A stretch of DNA of 32,000 bases from Nostoc sp. PCC 7120 = FACHB-418 (GTDB lineage: Bacteria; Cyanobacteriota; Cyanobacteriia; Cyanobacteriales; Nostocaceae). The notes under the pieces are model-generated. The model worked only from the letters and a program-made list of their open reading frames with translations. It was not told where the DNA came from and did not search any database. The DNA lies in NCBI RefSeq assembly GCF_000009705.1, contig NC_003272.1, forward strand, positions 3,960,001 to 3,992,000, read 5' to 3'. This document shows positions 1-9,500 of this stretch, piece by piece. Position 1 is the first letter of the stretch; each line of letters begins with the position of its first letter. The position numbers and the translations under genes are program-made.

Positions 1-117
1 GTTATGTCCTCTGCCGAGAATTTTGCCATCTTTGACAAGCACGGAACCAATGGGAATACCTCCTTCTTGTCTACCTTGTTTTGCTTCTTGAATGGCGGCC
101 TGCATAAACTCATCCAT
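1..117 (-). CDS. CMP/dCMP-type zinc deaminase (cytosine/nucleoside deaminase, FCY1-like). Only the 5' end is present; the gene runs off the left edge.
   Basis: Not in the ORF track because the window edge truncates it. The reverse complement of 1-117 starts with ATG (117-115) and reads MDEFMQAAIQEAKQGRQEGGIPIGSVLVKDGKILGRGHN. The EA..G...GG.PIG......G.ILGRGHN pattern is the usual N-terminus of cytidine/deoxycytidylate-deaminase-fold enzymes. Confidence 0.6.
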   Translation of the reverse strand, partial: MDEFMQAAIQEAKQGRQEGGIPIGSVLVKDGKILGRGHN

Positions 118-133
118 TTTTTATCCTCCTTAT

Positions 134-1057
134 ATGACAAAACAACTAGTGTTAATGGATCATGATGGTGGTGTAGATGATTATCTAGCAACTATGCTGC
201 TGTTGACGATGGATAATGTGCAACTCATGGGTGTTGTTGTTACTCCTGCTGATTGTTATGTCCAGCCTGCGGTGAGTGCTACGCGTAAAATTATTGATTT
301 GATGGGATTTTCTCATATCCCAGTGGCAGAAAGTACTGTACGCGGGATTAATCCGTTTCCTCGGCTGTATCGGCGTGATTCGTTTATTGTTGACCATCTG
401 CCTATTCTCAATCAAACCGAATTGATTCATACACCTTTGGTTGAGGAAACTGGTCAAGATTTTATGGTCAGAGTATTGCAAGAAGCACTAGAACCCGTAA
501 CATTAATGGTTACAGGCCCACTCACAACGGTTGCAGTTGCTTTAGACCAAGCACCAGACATTGAAGCCAAGATTGACAAGATTGTCTGGATGGGTGGCGC
601 TTTGAATGTTCCTGGTAATGTGGAAAAAAGTTTAGAGGCTGGACAAGATGGGTCTGCCGAATGGAATGTCTATTGGGATGCAGTTTCAGCTGCACGAGTA
701 TGGCAAAGGGAAATTAAGATTATTATGTGTCCCTTAGATTTGACTAACGATGTACCAGTGACATCTGAGTTAGTATACAAAATGGGGCGACAAAGACATT
801 ATCCCGTATCTGATTTAGCTGGACAATGTTATGCCTTAGTTATCCCACAAGATTATTATTTCTGGGATGTGTTAGCAACGGCTTATTTAGGACACCCAGA
901 ATTTTATCAACTCCGCGAATGGGAGACAGAAATTATTACTAGTGGTTTGAGTCAGGGACGGACTAAAGTTGTCACTGGTGGGCGCAAGATTTTAGCTATG
1001 GATAAAGTGGATAAGGATGCTTTTTATGCTTACATTTTGCAACAGTGGGCAAGGTAA
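134..1057 (+). CDS. Nucleoside hydrolase (inosine-uridine-preferring, IUNH family)
   Basis: ORF 92-1057. I start it at the in-frame ATG 134 (MTKQLVLMDHDGGVDDYLA) because ATG 92 would overlap the divergent deaminase start. The aspartate cluster D-x-D-x-x-x-DD (DHDGGVDD) close to the N-terminus and the ~307-aa length are typical of the IUNH family. Confidence 0.8.
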   Translation: MTKQLVLMDHDGGVDDYLATMLLLTMDNVQLMGVVVTPADCYVQPAVSATRKIIDLMGFSHIPVAESTVRGINPFPRLYRRDSFIVDHLPILNQTELIHTPLVEETGQDFMVRVLQEALEPVTLMVTGPLTTVAVALDQAPDIEAKIDKIVWMGGALNVPGNVEKSLEAGQDGSAEWNVYWDAVSAARVWQREIKIIMCPLDLTNDVPVTSELVYKMGRQRHYPVSDLAGQCYALVIPQDYYFWDVLATAYLGHPEFYQLREWETEIITSGLSQGRTKVVTGGRKILAMDKVDKDAFYAYILQQWAR

Positions 1058-1058
1058 A

Positions 1059-1113
1059 CAATTCAAAATACCCTAAGGGAAGCTAAAGCTACAAAATTCA
1101 AAATTCAAAAAAA
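1059..1113. repeat. Heptamer-type AATTCAA(A) tract interrupted by a small GC-rich patch (ccctaagggaagctaaagctac)
   Basis: The sequence caattcaaaata ... caaaattcaaaattcaaaaaaa lies between convergent genes. The same AATTCAAAATTCAAAAT motif forms the arms of the element at 31737-31989. Confidence 0.4.
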
Positions 1114-1190
1114 TGGAAATTTGAGGACTTGACATCCTCCACAAAGTCCGATCAAGCGGATTTAAGGAATTGTAATTGAGTTGTTTGAAA

Positions 1191-2063
1191 CTATTTTTGC
1201 GCTCTATAAACTGGACTTATTTGACGATAAGTGTTGAGTAATTCTAAGAATTTATCAAAATCAAAACTTAAGGGGTCAACTCTCTGGCTGGAACGGTCTA
1301 CTGCTTTGTGTGTGGTGATGCGCTCTTCTGGTACTTGGCTTTGAGCAATTAACCAAGCTAAAGAGTTATACTGCTCTGGTGTATAACCACTATGAGATTT
1401 TAGAAAATTATTGCCACGTCCATCTGGTGGTGTTTCTAAGGAAACATGATAGGCAAAATTATTCACAGATGGTGGTAAGTTAGGATTAGTTTGCACAGTT
1501 TCAATACCGTCTGTGCCATCAAAAACTGAGTTAGCAGCGCCAAAGGCTCGCTTTTCTGGAGGGACTAAATATAAAACAGTTCCATCTAATTTAATTATGG
1601 CGTGGTAACTTGCCTGAACCGTTTCATCTGTATGGGGTGTTTGGAAAAAGTTAACTGCGCTGGAAGCAGAGTTACTAGTTTCATGCAGAACAATAATTGG
1701 TTGATTTTTTATCGGTAAGCCATTAATATCTTGGGTATAACGTTCACCATAATTACTTGGATGTACAGCCGCGATTTCTAATTTTGGCTTGTACTTAGCA
1801 AATGTTTGAGTAGTTATATATCTACCAGAAGACTGATTAGTTATAACTGGAAAATTGCCAATATCTTGGGCTTTGTTACCTTGGTTTATTTCGGACTGGA
1901 TTTGTATCTGAGGATATTGTCTCCAAGTTGCTATATCTGAGTTTGATGGTATTGCTGTATTTTGTTGTACTTGTGTAGATTTTCCTGCTAATAATGCCAA
2001 TATCAAAGCGGCTAACATCAGAAAAATTAGCGTAACCCTGGTAGCCCAGTCACGAAAATTCAT
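1191..2063 (-). CDS. N-acetylmuramoyl-L-alanine amidase-like protein (Amidase_2/PGRP fold) with an N-terminal membrane anchor
   Basis: 290-aa ORF with an ATG start. It has an N-terminal hydrophobic helix (RVTLIFLMLAALILALLAG). The C-terminal half carries IIVLHETSNS...ASYHAIIKLDGTVLYLVPPEKRAFGAANS, which resembles the AmpD/PGRP amidase core. Confidence 0.65.
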   Translation of the reverse strand: MNFRDWATRVTLIFLMLAALILALLAGKSTQVQQNTAIPSNSDIATWRQYPQIQIQSEINQGNKAQDIGNFPVITNQSSGRYITTQTFAKYKPKLEIAAVHPSNYGERYTQDINGLPIKNQPIIVLHETSNSASSAVNFFQTPHTDETVQASYHAIIKLDGTVLYLVPPEKRAFGAANSVFDGTDGIETVQTNPNLPPSVNNFAYHVSLETPPDGRGNNFLKSHSGYTPEQYNSLAWLIAQSQVPEERITTHKAVDRSSQRVDPLSFDFDKFLELLNTYRQISPVYRAQK

Positions 2064-2730
2064 TTTTTTATAATTAATAATGCTGCCTTAATTAATCTTA
2101 ATATACTTTTCTTGTTACAGAATAGGTTATGAGTAGATTTTTTTTGGCAATAAAAAGTATTTCTCCAGGGAGATAAATACGGATATTTAATATTGTTTAA
2201 TTGTAAGTTTTGTATTTTGAATTGCCGATTTATTTACATCCTACATCAAATCTCTTGACGATAGGCTCATTACTAATGAAAGAAAAATTACCAAATGAGA
2301 CGGTAAATAGCTATTTCAGCTTGCTCCAGTTTTGTTAGTTGTCGAAGGTATTGCTCACTCAACAGTAATTCAATGTATATCTTTCTCTATAACTTTTAGC
2401 ACATCTTCTCTTTGTGTCCTTGGCGACAAAAGCGAAAATTTTTTCAAAATGGCCCGAAGTGAATTTCCTATTTTGGATACAACCCTTAACTTACAGGAAA
2501 TAGAGTTTTGAAAAAGGCAAATTATTGTATGTTAGCTAACAAAAATTACAATCCTAAATATAATGTCTGCCCCGAAAAATAAATTCTTGAGATTTTATGT
2601 ATTTTTTGAAGCCTTCATTGAATTTACTGATATATTTGAATCAACACTTTAATTTATCTTGATTGTTCATCTGTTAGCCATTTTTTGCTTGCCGCAGTAT
2701 TTTTCAGACATTTCAAATAAGCACTGAGGC

Positions 2731-3303
2731 ATGGATCAAAGTATATTTTTAGATGTTTTAACTAGCTTGCAAAAATTATTTGTAGGTTACATTCCCGCAG
2801 CTATATTCGGCAGTTTCATTGGATATCTTATAGGTATAAATGTTGCTGTATATCAATTGATGCGGCGGATTTTTCAGATCCCTAATAGTATTCCGCCCAT
2901 TGCCATTCTCCCCTTGACACTGGTTATTTTCCAAGAGAGTGAATCAGCTGTAGCGGTGGTAATCTTTATGGCTAGCCTCTGGACGATTATTATTAATACT
3001 GCTGTGGGGATTCAACATTTCCGTAGACAAAATAATAACTTTCGCGCGGTTATCTTTCATACATCTCATGCACTGAAAGTGGGGATTTGGGTAGCATGGT
3101 TTACTGTTATCGCTGTAGAAATGTTACTCGCATCTAAAGGACTTGGTGCTTTGTTGTGGAATAGTTATAAATCAGGTAATAGCAACTACATAATTGAGGG
3201 CATACTCTACATTGGTATTATCGGGTTTTTACTAGATCAGTTTATAGATTACACAGGTTATCTTTTAGCCCAAATGGTAACAGATAGCAAGAAATCTTCC
3301 TGA
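2731..3303 (+). CDS. Short, possibly degenerate ABC-transporter permease-like membrane protein (nitrate/sulfonate/taurine-type)
   Basis: 190-aa ORF with multiple hydrophobic helices. IPPIAILPLTLVIF...NTAVG and ...EMLLASKGLGALLW resemble NitT/TauT-family permeases. It is ~70 aa shorter than usual, the EAA-loop region is not recognisable, and no ATPase or binding-protein gene is adjacent. Confidence 0.5.
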   Translation: MDQSIFLDVLTSLQKLFVGYIPAAIFGSFIGYLIGINVAVYQLMRRIFQIPNSIPPIAILPLTLVIFQESESAVAVVIFMASLWTIIINTAVGIQHFRRQNNNFRAVIFHTSHALKVGIWVAWFTVIAVEMLLASKGLGALLWNSYKSGNSNYIIEGILYIGIIGFLLDQFIDYTGYLLAQMVTDSKKSS

Positions 3304-3306
3304 TCC

Positions 3307-6300
3307 TTACTTTACTTTGCCTCGGAAGCGCACAAAGCCGTAAGACTCGGCTGGATTCCCACTACTAGTTGCAGGGGGTAGGTTGGGTAAGATAAGATTA
3401 CGTGTAATCTCCACTACTAAGGCTCCATTAGTATTGCTACCAGTGTTGTTGCAAACGCTTGGTGTATTAGGATCATTAGCTGGGTAAAAAGTGGCGCGAT
3501 CGCTATCTGCTACATTACTAAAATATACCGTAGGAATAGTAGAACCCACAGCCATAGCAATACCTTGATCTGAACCTGTTAAACCACCATCATTAGGACT
3601 CAAACCATTAAAAGCAGCAGCAAGAAAATCTACATTATTAGGCACTAAATCACACAATTGCACCTTAGTAGCATTATCTTGGCCATTGGAAAGGAAGTAA
3701 ATAGTGTACTCTAACTCATCTCCGAGTTTGACAGTCCCAGCATTAATTAATCCTCGTAAATACCCAACTGGCCATTTAGCATCATTATCATCCGTGTCTC
3801 TCGGTGCAGCTACATAATTAGTAGCTGTCGTAGCCACATTACTCATCCCATCTACAATATCAGTTAAATCTTGGTTATTAACACGAGTAATGCGTTTCAC
3901 CAAAATGAGATTCGGCGTATTGTTATTACCAGTAATATTTGTCTGGTCATCATCAGTATTATTTCCAGGAGTAATATCCCCACCACCATTAACAATAGCA
4001 ATGTTAATTAAAGTAGATGGTGCATTATTAGCCACATCCACTGTTAAGGTAATTGCCGGGTAACTCCCACCTGGATTGAGTACATCGCTGCGGCTACAAG
4101 TTACGGTTTGTCCGGAAATACTACAATTCCAACCCGTACCACTAACTGCCGTGGGAGTTAAACCTGTAGGTAAGTTATCCGTTACGGTAACAGTATTCCC
4201 ATCAGTTGCACCAGCCCCACTAGCATTACTAACAATAAGAGTATAAATTTGCCCTGTATCCCCCTGATTAAAATTACCTGTGTGGGTTTTATTCATACTC
4301 AAATCTGGAGGAGTAATAATATTTGCAATATCGGGGGGACTGGTATTATTTGTATTATCACCATCACCACCACCAGAGACAGTTGCTGTGTTAGTCACAC
4401 TAGTAGCAGTAATGCCAGAATCAATCGTTACATTAATGTTTATATTAGGATAATTCGCACCTGGATTAAGTACATCGCTGCGACTACAAGTTACCGTTTG
4501 TCCTGAAATTGTACAAGTCCAACCATTACCTGTTGCGGCTGTAGGAATAATTCCAGTTGGGAGAATATCTGTAACTGTAACTGGAGTACCATCAGTAACA
4601 TCACCACCAGAATTAGGTACATTAATCACATAAGTACCTGTACTACCTCTGACAAAATCAGTCGGCGTGTGAGTTTTACTAACTGTTAAATCAGGACTGA
4701 CAATATTTAAGAAATTATTAGCCGCATTACTAGGAAAGAATGTCCATTGGTCTAGACCTTTCGTATCGCCAAAAGAACCCGTACAGACTGTGTTAGTATT
4801 ACCTCCACTAGCTTGCCCAAAGGCGCGCTGATTTGTTCTAGTGTCAAAGCCTGTAATTTGATTACTGAACGCAGGTACAGTGGGGCCAACACCGCAAAGA
4901 GGCGCATTGTTATCAATATTAGCTTGTGTTGCTCCTACGTGAACTATTGTGCCATTTTTAGTTCGATACACCCGGTCATCATAAAAACCTGTTGTTGGGC
5001 CAAAACCTGGTAAGTCGGTAGGATATGAAGCTGGAGGGTTGAGTAAAGTGACTGTTGGGCCACCGGAGAAGTTATTTTCTGCATCTAATACCGGAAAATG
5101 ATACTCTCCGGCATTAATTCTAATATTGAACAGATAATTAGTACCAACAGGAAAGAAATTACCAGCATTATTTCTACCATCCCAACTGACATTTTGTGTT
5201 CCTGATGAGTTCATATAACCCCTTAAAACTCGGTTCTGCGGGTTTTTCGGGTCAAAATCCGTGCTACCATCACCTCTGATTACAATTTCATAAGTTCCAG
5301 TGACAGTGCTATTAAAGCTAAAAGTCCCTCCATTGCCAACTTTACTATTGTTGCCGGAAAGATTACCCGTAAAATTAGGATTAGTTACACTGGGAGGAAT
5401 TGGATTAGTGGTAATACCCACACCTTGGAAACTGCCAAAGCGGTCATAACGATTTATAAAAGCTAAAGCGTTAGGATCAAGCAGATTAAAAAATGTGGGA
5501 AACTGCGGACGTGCTAAGGATGCACCACCTTGGATATTAGATACGTTACCGTTAGTACCAACAACGTTACGGTATAGAGTTGAGACACCGTCACTATCAA
5601 AAAAACCGACTTCGTTACCATAAAGAACAAAACCGTTGGGATCTAAACCTCTAATCTCTGTTCTATATCTATAACCGTCTGTAGTGACAGGATAAACATT
5701 TGAATAGACTGGTCTGCCATTACCTCCTGTAAATAATGCTAAATAATAAGAAAATAAACGTCCGGTTGAGTCTGTAGTGGAACTGGTACTACTACGAACA
5801 GTTACATCCCAAGCTGCTACACTACTTCCTTGGCTAGAGTCAAAATTAGTACTACTAGTTAAATTTATCTCTGCTGTTATCCCACCATCACCACTAGCAT
5901 TAAATCCTGCGGGGCCAAAGATAACAACATCATAAATGCCAGTAGAGGGAGCTTGATAGTAACAAGGTGTATATCCGCTAGTATTCCCTGTACCATTAAT
6001 ACTTCTTGGCCCGGCTAATTCCTCGGTTCTACTATTAATTTTTCCTCCGGTTTGAGAAGTACATTGAAAACTTGGTGTACTAGGAAAAGTTTCACTACCT
6101 ACCTGACCTGTGACTAAATTAGGGTTATAAACATAGATATCACCAGTGGTTGTGACATTATTACTAGTGCGAGTGACACCCACAGCACTAGAACCTAGTA
6201 GGATGTATTCACCAGCCTGGGCATAAACTTTTAATAGTGTTCTTCTTGTAATTAAGTTACCTGTCTGTTCTGTCCGCCATTCTAAGTTAGCTCGATATGC

Positions 6301-6462
6301 AGTCCCAGGGGAAGAAGCAGGATATAAATTGCGGCTGCCTTCGGCTTGGACGGGTTGGATACCAATAGCTACAATACCTACACAAAGAGCTGCAATTCTA
6401 CTAAAAGATTTGATATTTTGGATGTTTTTGGATGTTTTCTGATTAGTTGGGCTGCGATTCAT
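3307..6462 (-). CDS. Secreted 1051-aa surface protein: Gly/Asn/Thr/Ser-rich beta-rich N-terminal region, two tandem DUF11 repeats and a C-terminal DUF11-like domain
   Basis: ATG start. Signal-peptide-like N-terminus (...IAALCVGIVAIGIQPVQA/EG). Two repeats of ~129 aa each carry the DUF11 signature (TVTDILPTGIIPT...WTCTISGQTVTCSRSDVLNPG and TVTDNLPTGLTPT...WNCSISGQTVTCSRSDVLNPG). The C-terminal module reads LGDELEYTIYF...DLVPNNVDF. It is last in a five-gene co-directional cluster. Confidence 0.85.
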   Translation of the reverse strand: MNRSPTNQKTSKNIQNIKSFSRIAALCVGIVAIGIQPVQAEGSRNLYPASSPGTAYRANLEWRTEQTGNLITRRTLLKVYAQAGEYILLGSSAVGVTRTSNNVTTTGDIYVYNPNLVTGQVGSETFPSTPSFQCTSQTGGKINSRTEELAGPRSINGTGNTSGYTPCYYQAPSTGIYDVVIFGPAGFNASGDGGITAEINLTSSTNFDSSQGSSVAAWDVTVRSSTSSTTDSTGRLFSYYLALFTGGNGRPVYSNVYPVTTDGYRYRTEIRGLDPNGFVLYGNEVGFFDSDGVSTLYRNVVGTNGNVSNIQGGASLARPQFPTFFNLLDPNALAFINRYDRFGSFQGVGITTNPIPPSVTNPNFTGNLSGNNSKVGNGGTFSFNSTVTGTYEIVIRGDGSTDFDPKNPQNRVLRGYMNSSGTQNVSWDGRNNAGNFFPVGTNYLFNIRINAGEYHFPVLDAENNFSGGPTVTLLNPPASYPTDLPGFGPTTGFYDDRVYRTKNGTIVHVGATQANIDNNAPLCGVGPTVPAFSNQITGFDTRTNQRAFGQASGGNTNTVCTGSFGDTKGLDQWTFFPSNAANNFLNIVSPDLTVSKTHTPTDFVRGSTGTYVINVPNSGGDVTDGTPVTVTDILPTGIIPTAATGNGWTCTISGQTVTCSRSDVLNPGANYPNININVTIDSGITATSVTNTATVSGGGDGDNTNNTSPPDIANIITPPDLSMNKTHTGNFNQGDTGQIYTLIVSNASGAGATDGNTVTVTDNLPTGLTPTAVSGTGWNCSISGQTVTCSRSDVLNPGGSYPAITLTVDVANNAPSTLINIAIVNGGGDITPGNNTDDDQTNITGNNNTPNLILVKRITRVNNQDLTDIVDGMSNVATTATNYVAAPRDTDDNDAKWPVGYLRGLINAGTVKLGDELEYTIYFLSNGQDNATKVQLCDLVPNNVDFLAAAFNGLSPNDGGLTGSDQGIAMAVGSTIPTVYFSNVADSDRATFYPANDPNTPSVCNNTGSNTNGALVVEITRNLILPNLPPATSSGNPAESYGFVRFRGKVK
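3925..4695 (-). repeat. Tandem duplication of a ~387-nt DUF11 repeat unit inside the 1051-aa gene
   Basis: The units begin at PDLTVSKTH (about 4695) and PDLSMNKTH (about 4308). The 17-aa core ISGQTVTCSRSDVLNPG is identical in both. It is encoded near 4082-4135 and 4463-4516 with only a few silent or near-silent differences. Confidence 0.8.
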
Positions 6463-6529
6463 AATTTGATAGCTTTTAATTGTTAATTGCTGTTTGTTAT
6501 AACCCAGATAAAGATATAATTTTGCTGTA

Positions 6530-9500
6530 TTATTTTTTGGCTGCTGTTACGGGTTTTTGTAAGCCAAAGCCATCAAATAATTCGTTAAGTTTTAGCGTCA
6601 AACCCAAATATAATCCCCCCGCAGAACGAGTACCGGAAAAATCTTGGTCATCGATCTTACCAAAGGCATAACCAGCCGAAAGCCGCAGATTAGGACTCAA
6701 ATAATACCCAGCCTCCACGACAAAACCCGTCTCAGTATAGTTGGCTTGACCAATCACCCGTGCCTCACCAACTAAATCCCAACTATATCCCAGGCGATAA
6801 GTAGCACGTAATTGTCCCAAGTTGACCGTACTAGTACCTACCAGGTCATTTGCTAAATAAGAAGTGCTATTACGCAGTGCATATTTACCATAAAATTCCC
6901 ATTGCCAATTGGGTGCATAAATGGCTTCCATTGCAAAGGTATGGTCTTGAGAACCTGTACCACTACCTAAGAGAATTGTGTCAGGAATAGTCGCCGGATT
7001 TTGGCGATACTCATAACGCAACAAGGCGTTAAATTTATCGTTGTTGGGGTCGCGGTAAGCTAAACCCAGCTTCAAATTGGCTGTATCTCCTAGTCCTGAG
7101 AGTTTTTGATTGGAAGAGTTGGCTTGTTGATATCTCACCAAAGCTGTGAGTGCAGGCGAAATTTTCCCTAAGGCGGCGGCTGTAATTACCGTATTAGAAC
7201 CACCGGAAGAAGTCCGATGTTCATAACGGGCGCTGGCTTGGAATTGAGGATTATCAGAGTATTCCAAACCTATGCTGTAACTATCTCCCCCATTAAACCC
7301 AATAGAAGAAGCACTTTGACCAACAGCAAAGGGTTGGGCAAATTGTTGACCTGCGGCGGTACGGTTGAAGAAGCTGCCAAAGACGTGTTCATAAGCCAAA
7401 TTCAACCGCAAACCAGGAGCAATCATCCAACGGTTATTTAACCCAATAGCACCTTGAGTAGTCAGTTCGTTAGCCCCACCGATAATTGAGTAACGACCAG
7501 AGAGGGTAGTATCAGAACCGAGTTTATGCTCACCGTTAACACTTAAGCTGGTGATAGAGTTACTGGAAGACTGACCGCTACTGTAAAACTGTTGAGCCAG
7601 ACTGATATTCACACCAGGAACAACGGCCCAATTGAGACCGAAGATAGTGCGGTCTGGGTAGACAGTATCTTTTTGGGAAGATAGGGTGAGTTCGTTTTGG
7701 GCTTGGAATGTCAGGTTGTTTGTCAGAGGATATGTTAAACGGGAACGCAATTGATCCGATGTACTTTCTAGACCATTTGTCGCTATCCTGTCTTCCCGAT
7801 TACGATGAATCCAATCCACATCTACAGTGGCTTTCCCAAAACGTTGTTGAATCCCCGCCGAGATGGTTGTTAGGGAATTATCGACTTGGCTACCTGGAAT
7901 TGCTTGTGAACGTGGAGAAAATAATTCTTCAAATGTATCTAGTGGTTGAGGTGCAATACCAAAGTTGTCTTCGTGGTCGTACTGCACACGAATATTTGTG
8001 GTTTGGGAAAGTTGCCCTGTTAACTGTCCGCCATAGCGAGTTTGACCAGGGACAAAACTAATGGTGGCGTTATTGGCAAAACCTGTATCAGCATAACGAT
8101 AATAAGCCCGACCTTGTAAACCTCGAAAAATCTCTCCTTGAGCTTCTAGACGGTAGGCTTCGCCACGTACCCGCCCCAGAATGTCAGAATCATTACGAGA
8201 ATGGGCATATTCGGCAATTAACTGGCTCTGAGAACCGAGAGAAATCTTGGCATCTGCACCATAGAGTTCAAAACCACGTAGTCCTTGATTCTCTCTGACA
8301 TAGGTTGCGGCTATCCAACTCTCTTGATTGAGAGTGCGGGAAAAGTTGTATTGCAAACGACCTGCATAGATATTGCTATCAGAGTTGTTGCTGTCATATT
8401 GATAGCTGACAACAATCCGCCGCACCAGAACCTGTCCTGTTGCATCAATATCAGTACGCAGAACTGGTTCACGGAAAATTACAGTACCGCGATCGTAGTC
8501 TATTTCGTAATCTGGGCCACGACTTAGTTGTTTACGTTCCAGTACTGTACCAGGACGATTGAGTTCTTCTAATTCAATAAAGACGTTTTCACTACCAGGA
8601 ATTACTAACCGCCGGGAAAGGAAGTAATAACCACTGGTTCCATCAGGTGCAACGGTGTCTCGTTGAAAGGCTTCTAAATTATTGCCATAGAAGCCTGTAA
8701 TTTGTAAATTCCCGAAGTTGTAGTTGGCTTTAAAGCCGTGGAGTTGGCGGGTAACGGCGGTGAATTGCTGAGAAGACCGAGCAAATTCTTCTGTGTTGTA
8801 GTCGCCCCACATAGCATAATCAGGTGCAGTACCCGGAATACCTGTAGAACGTTCAAAACGCAGATATACACTGTCAATGGAGGGTGTAACTACGTCTACT
8901 TTAGAGCTATCGCCATAAACAGGATAGTTTTGTTCGCTAGATTGGTATGACCTAAACAGACGATTGTCGCAGTTACAATCTTCATTGAGACTACGAGAAC
9001 TATTGTATGCACCAGTAAACAACCACTCACCGATCGCACCCGTGGCAAATATGGCTGAGTTAAACTCTAATTGGGTACCATTATCTCTATTAGGGGGCAG
9101 GAAATCACGAAAACTGCTGTAATAATTTGTCCCTCTTGCTCCCAACCGCACATCTATCACCCCAGTCACCAAACTAGGACGCAGTGCTGTCGCAAATTCG
9201 ATTTGGGTAAAAGCTTCTAAATCGTTAGCTACAGCTCGAATCCTGGCTGTTTGGGCTTGGAGAGGCGATCGCCACACCGCAGTAAATTCTCCCTTTTTCG
9301 CCTCTATCTGAAACCCTGGTTGTTCTGGTTTCAGGTCAGTTCCTACCAACTCTCCTACCGTGGGGATTAAGGTAATAACGGCATCTTGATTTGAACGATT
9401 GCCATTTTCATCAAGGAGTTGACCGCGAATTGTCGCTGTTGAACGTCCATCAGCCGGGACACGAGACTCAACGGTTTCTACAGTTAGTTTTTTGGCTGTT

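Noticed and set aside
92-133. Upstream ATG 92 as the start of the nucleoside hydrolase (MAACINSSIFYPPY extension)
   Set aside because: It would overlap the divergent deaminase start by 26 nt. The extension precedes the conserved N-terminal Asp cluster by far more than is usual for this family, so ATG 134 is preferred. This remains unproven.
185-481. 98-aa antisense ORF inside the nucleoside hydrolase gene
   Set aside because: It lies entirely within a well-supported gene on the opposite strand, and its odd composition (H/Q/R/N-rich) is typical of an antisense frame.
4249-5013. Plus-strand ORFs 4249-4506 and 4813-5013 inside the 1051-aa gene
   Set aside because: These are antisense frames of a Thr/Gly/Asn-rich gene. 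They are Cys/Ile-rich nonsense composition with no independent support.
6480-6671. 63-aa plus-strand ORF across the 3' end of the barrel gene
   Set aside because: It overlaps the strongly supported C-terminal beta-strand region on the other strand. It opens at a TTG codon (6480) with no ribosome-binding site and has no independent support.
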